Assembly: GCF_009914755.1 (NCBI RefSeq)
Contig: NC_060945.1
Strand: one strand, 5' to 3'
Source of the DNA: the human T2T-CHM13v2.0 reference genome, Homo sapiens
DNA: 64,000 nucleotides
The notes under the pieces are model-generated. The model saw nothing but the letters and a program-made list of their open reading frames with translations. It was not told the DNA's origin and did not search any database. This document shows positions 62,561-64,000 of the stretch, piece after piece. Made by a program: the position numbers and the translations under genes. Numbering within the stretch: the stretch's first letter is position 1; each line of letters begins with the position of its first letter.

Positions 62561-64000
62561 AAAGCATGTATTATATACTGTATATAAAATATGAAAGTAC
62601 ATTAAAGATATATTTTATTCTGTACATAAAATATCAAAGTACACCAGATATATATTCTATAGTGTACATAAAATAACAAAGTACACAAACTATAAATTAT
62701 ATACTGTACATAAGATATGAAATTACATCAAATATATATTAGGTACATAAAATATGAAAGTACATCAAAAATAGATTATATACTGTACATATAATATCAA
62801 GGTACCCCAAATATATATTTTATACTCTACATGAAATATCAAAGTTCACAAATCATACATTATATACTGTACATAAAATATCAAAGTACCCAAGGTATAT
62901 ATTCTATACTGTACAGAAAATATCAAAGTACCCAAAGCATGTATTATATACTGTACATAAAATATGAAAGTACATCAAATATATATTTTATTCTGTACAT
63001 AAAATATCAAAGTACACCAGATATATATTCTATAGTGTACATAAAATATCAAAGTACCCAAACTATACATTATATACTGTACATAAAATATGAAATTACA
63101 TCAAATATATATTAGGTACATAAAATATGAAGGTACATCAAATATAGATTATATACTGTACATATAATATCAATGTACCCCTAATATATATTTTATACTC
63201 TACATGAAATATCAAAGTTCACAAACCATACATTATATACTGTACATAAAATATCAAAGTACCCAAGGTATATATTCTATACTGTACAAAAAATATCAAA
63301 GTACCCAAAGCACGTATTATATACTGTACATAAAATATGAAATTACATCAAATATATATTATATTAGGTACATAAAATATGAATGTACATCAAATATAGA
63401 TTATATACTGTCCATAAAATATCAAAGTACCCAAGGTATATATTCTATACTGTACAAAAAATATCAAAGTACCCAAAGCATGTATTATATACTGTACATA
63501 AAATATGAAAGTACATCAAATGTATATTTTATTCTGTACATAAAATATCAAAGTACACCAGATATATATTCTATAGTGTGCATAAAATAACAAAGTACAC
63601 ACACTATAAATTATATACTGTACATAAAATATGAAATTACATCAAATATATATTAGGTACATAAAATATGAAAGTACATCAAATATAGATTTTATACTGT
63701 ACATAAAATATCAATGTACCCCAAATATATATTTTATACTCTACATGAAATATCAAAGTTCACAAACCATATATTATATACTGTACATATAATATCAAAG
63801 TACCCAAGGTATATATTCTATACTGTACAAAATATATCAAAGTACCCAAAGCATGTATTATATACTGTACATAAAATATGAAAGTACATCAAATATATAT
63901 TTTATTCTGTACATAAAATATCAAAGTACACCAGATATATATACTATAGTGTACATAAAATATCAAAGTACCCAAACTATACATTATATACTGTACATAA

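Larger units (their letters stand above)
1..64000 (+). repeat. HSat1A (SAR / classical Satellite I) tandem array; 42-bp monomer; runs off both window ends
   Basis: 42-bp periodicity throughout (monomers start at 1, 43, 85, 127, 169, 211). The consensus has GTAC at monomer positions 1 and 26, giving the 25+17 bp RsaI pattern described for human Satellite I. About 79% AT, with 378-bp 9-mer organisation. Family assignment is from recognition, not a database search. Such arrays lie on human chr3, chr4 and the acrocentrics; the chromosome cannot be assigned here and a great-ape orthologue is not excluded. Confidence 0.96.

Noticed and set aside
66-63590. All ORFs in the six-frame track as protein-coding genes
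   Set aside because: They are translations of a 42-bp (14-codon) satellite. Starts and stops follow recurrent satellite variants, with no domain, unique sequence or sign of frame conservation.
1-64000. CRISPR-like array (conserved TGTACATAAAATATCAAAGTAC alternating with variable segments)
   Set aside because: The variable parts are nine homologous, cyclically repeated monomer variants rather than unique spacers, and there is no leader or cas gene.
1-64000. Alpha satellite / CENP-B boxes, HSat2/3 or HSat1B
   Set aside because: No 171-bp period, no CpG-containing CENP-B box, no CATTC repeats, and no Alu-derived segment or 2.4-kb unit.
1-64000. TATA-box promoters (TATATAAA variants, TATATA runs)
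   Set aside because: These are expected in about 79% AT repeats, and no other promoter context supports any particular site.
1-64000. Cruciform or hairpin structures from TGTACA palindromes and TA runs
   Set aside because: The palindromes are only 4-10 bp and I saw no long inverted repeat or strand switch.
1-64000. A regular macro-period of about 3 kb (eight 9-mers), or a chromosome assignment
   Set aside because: Marker offsets do not show a consistent period near 3 kb, and assignment needs alignment to a complete assembly, which I cannot run.

Overview
The whole 64 kb window is one uninterrupted, single-orientation, AT-rich tandem array (about 21% GC in my hand-derived consensus). It matches human classical satellite HSat1A (SAR, Satellite I): a 42-bp monomer with two GTAC sites (25+17 bp spacing), arranged as a 378-bp 9-mer (monomers A-I) with a frequent 373-bp variant (5-bp deletion). 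I found no genes, RNA genes, transposons or CRISPR arrays. All ORFs in the track are by-products of a monomer that is exactly 14 codons long. The real information is in the variant structure. There are nested duplications at offsets of 251, 378, 751, about 3953, 4581, 9629, 15986, 20261, 24196 and 30616 bp, recurrent monomer gains and losses that follow internal 3- and 4-monomer similarity in the 9-mer, and a switch of variant families near 21 kb. The most speculative functional observation is that 6 of 9 monomers carry a perfect Pumilio response element (TGTAHATA) on the + strand only. The sequence alone does not demonstrate a new biological system. Offsets came from matching ORF-track entries and were spot-checked by eye; block boundaries are approximate (about 100 bp either way).
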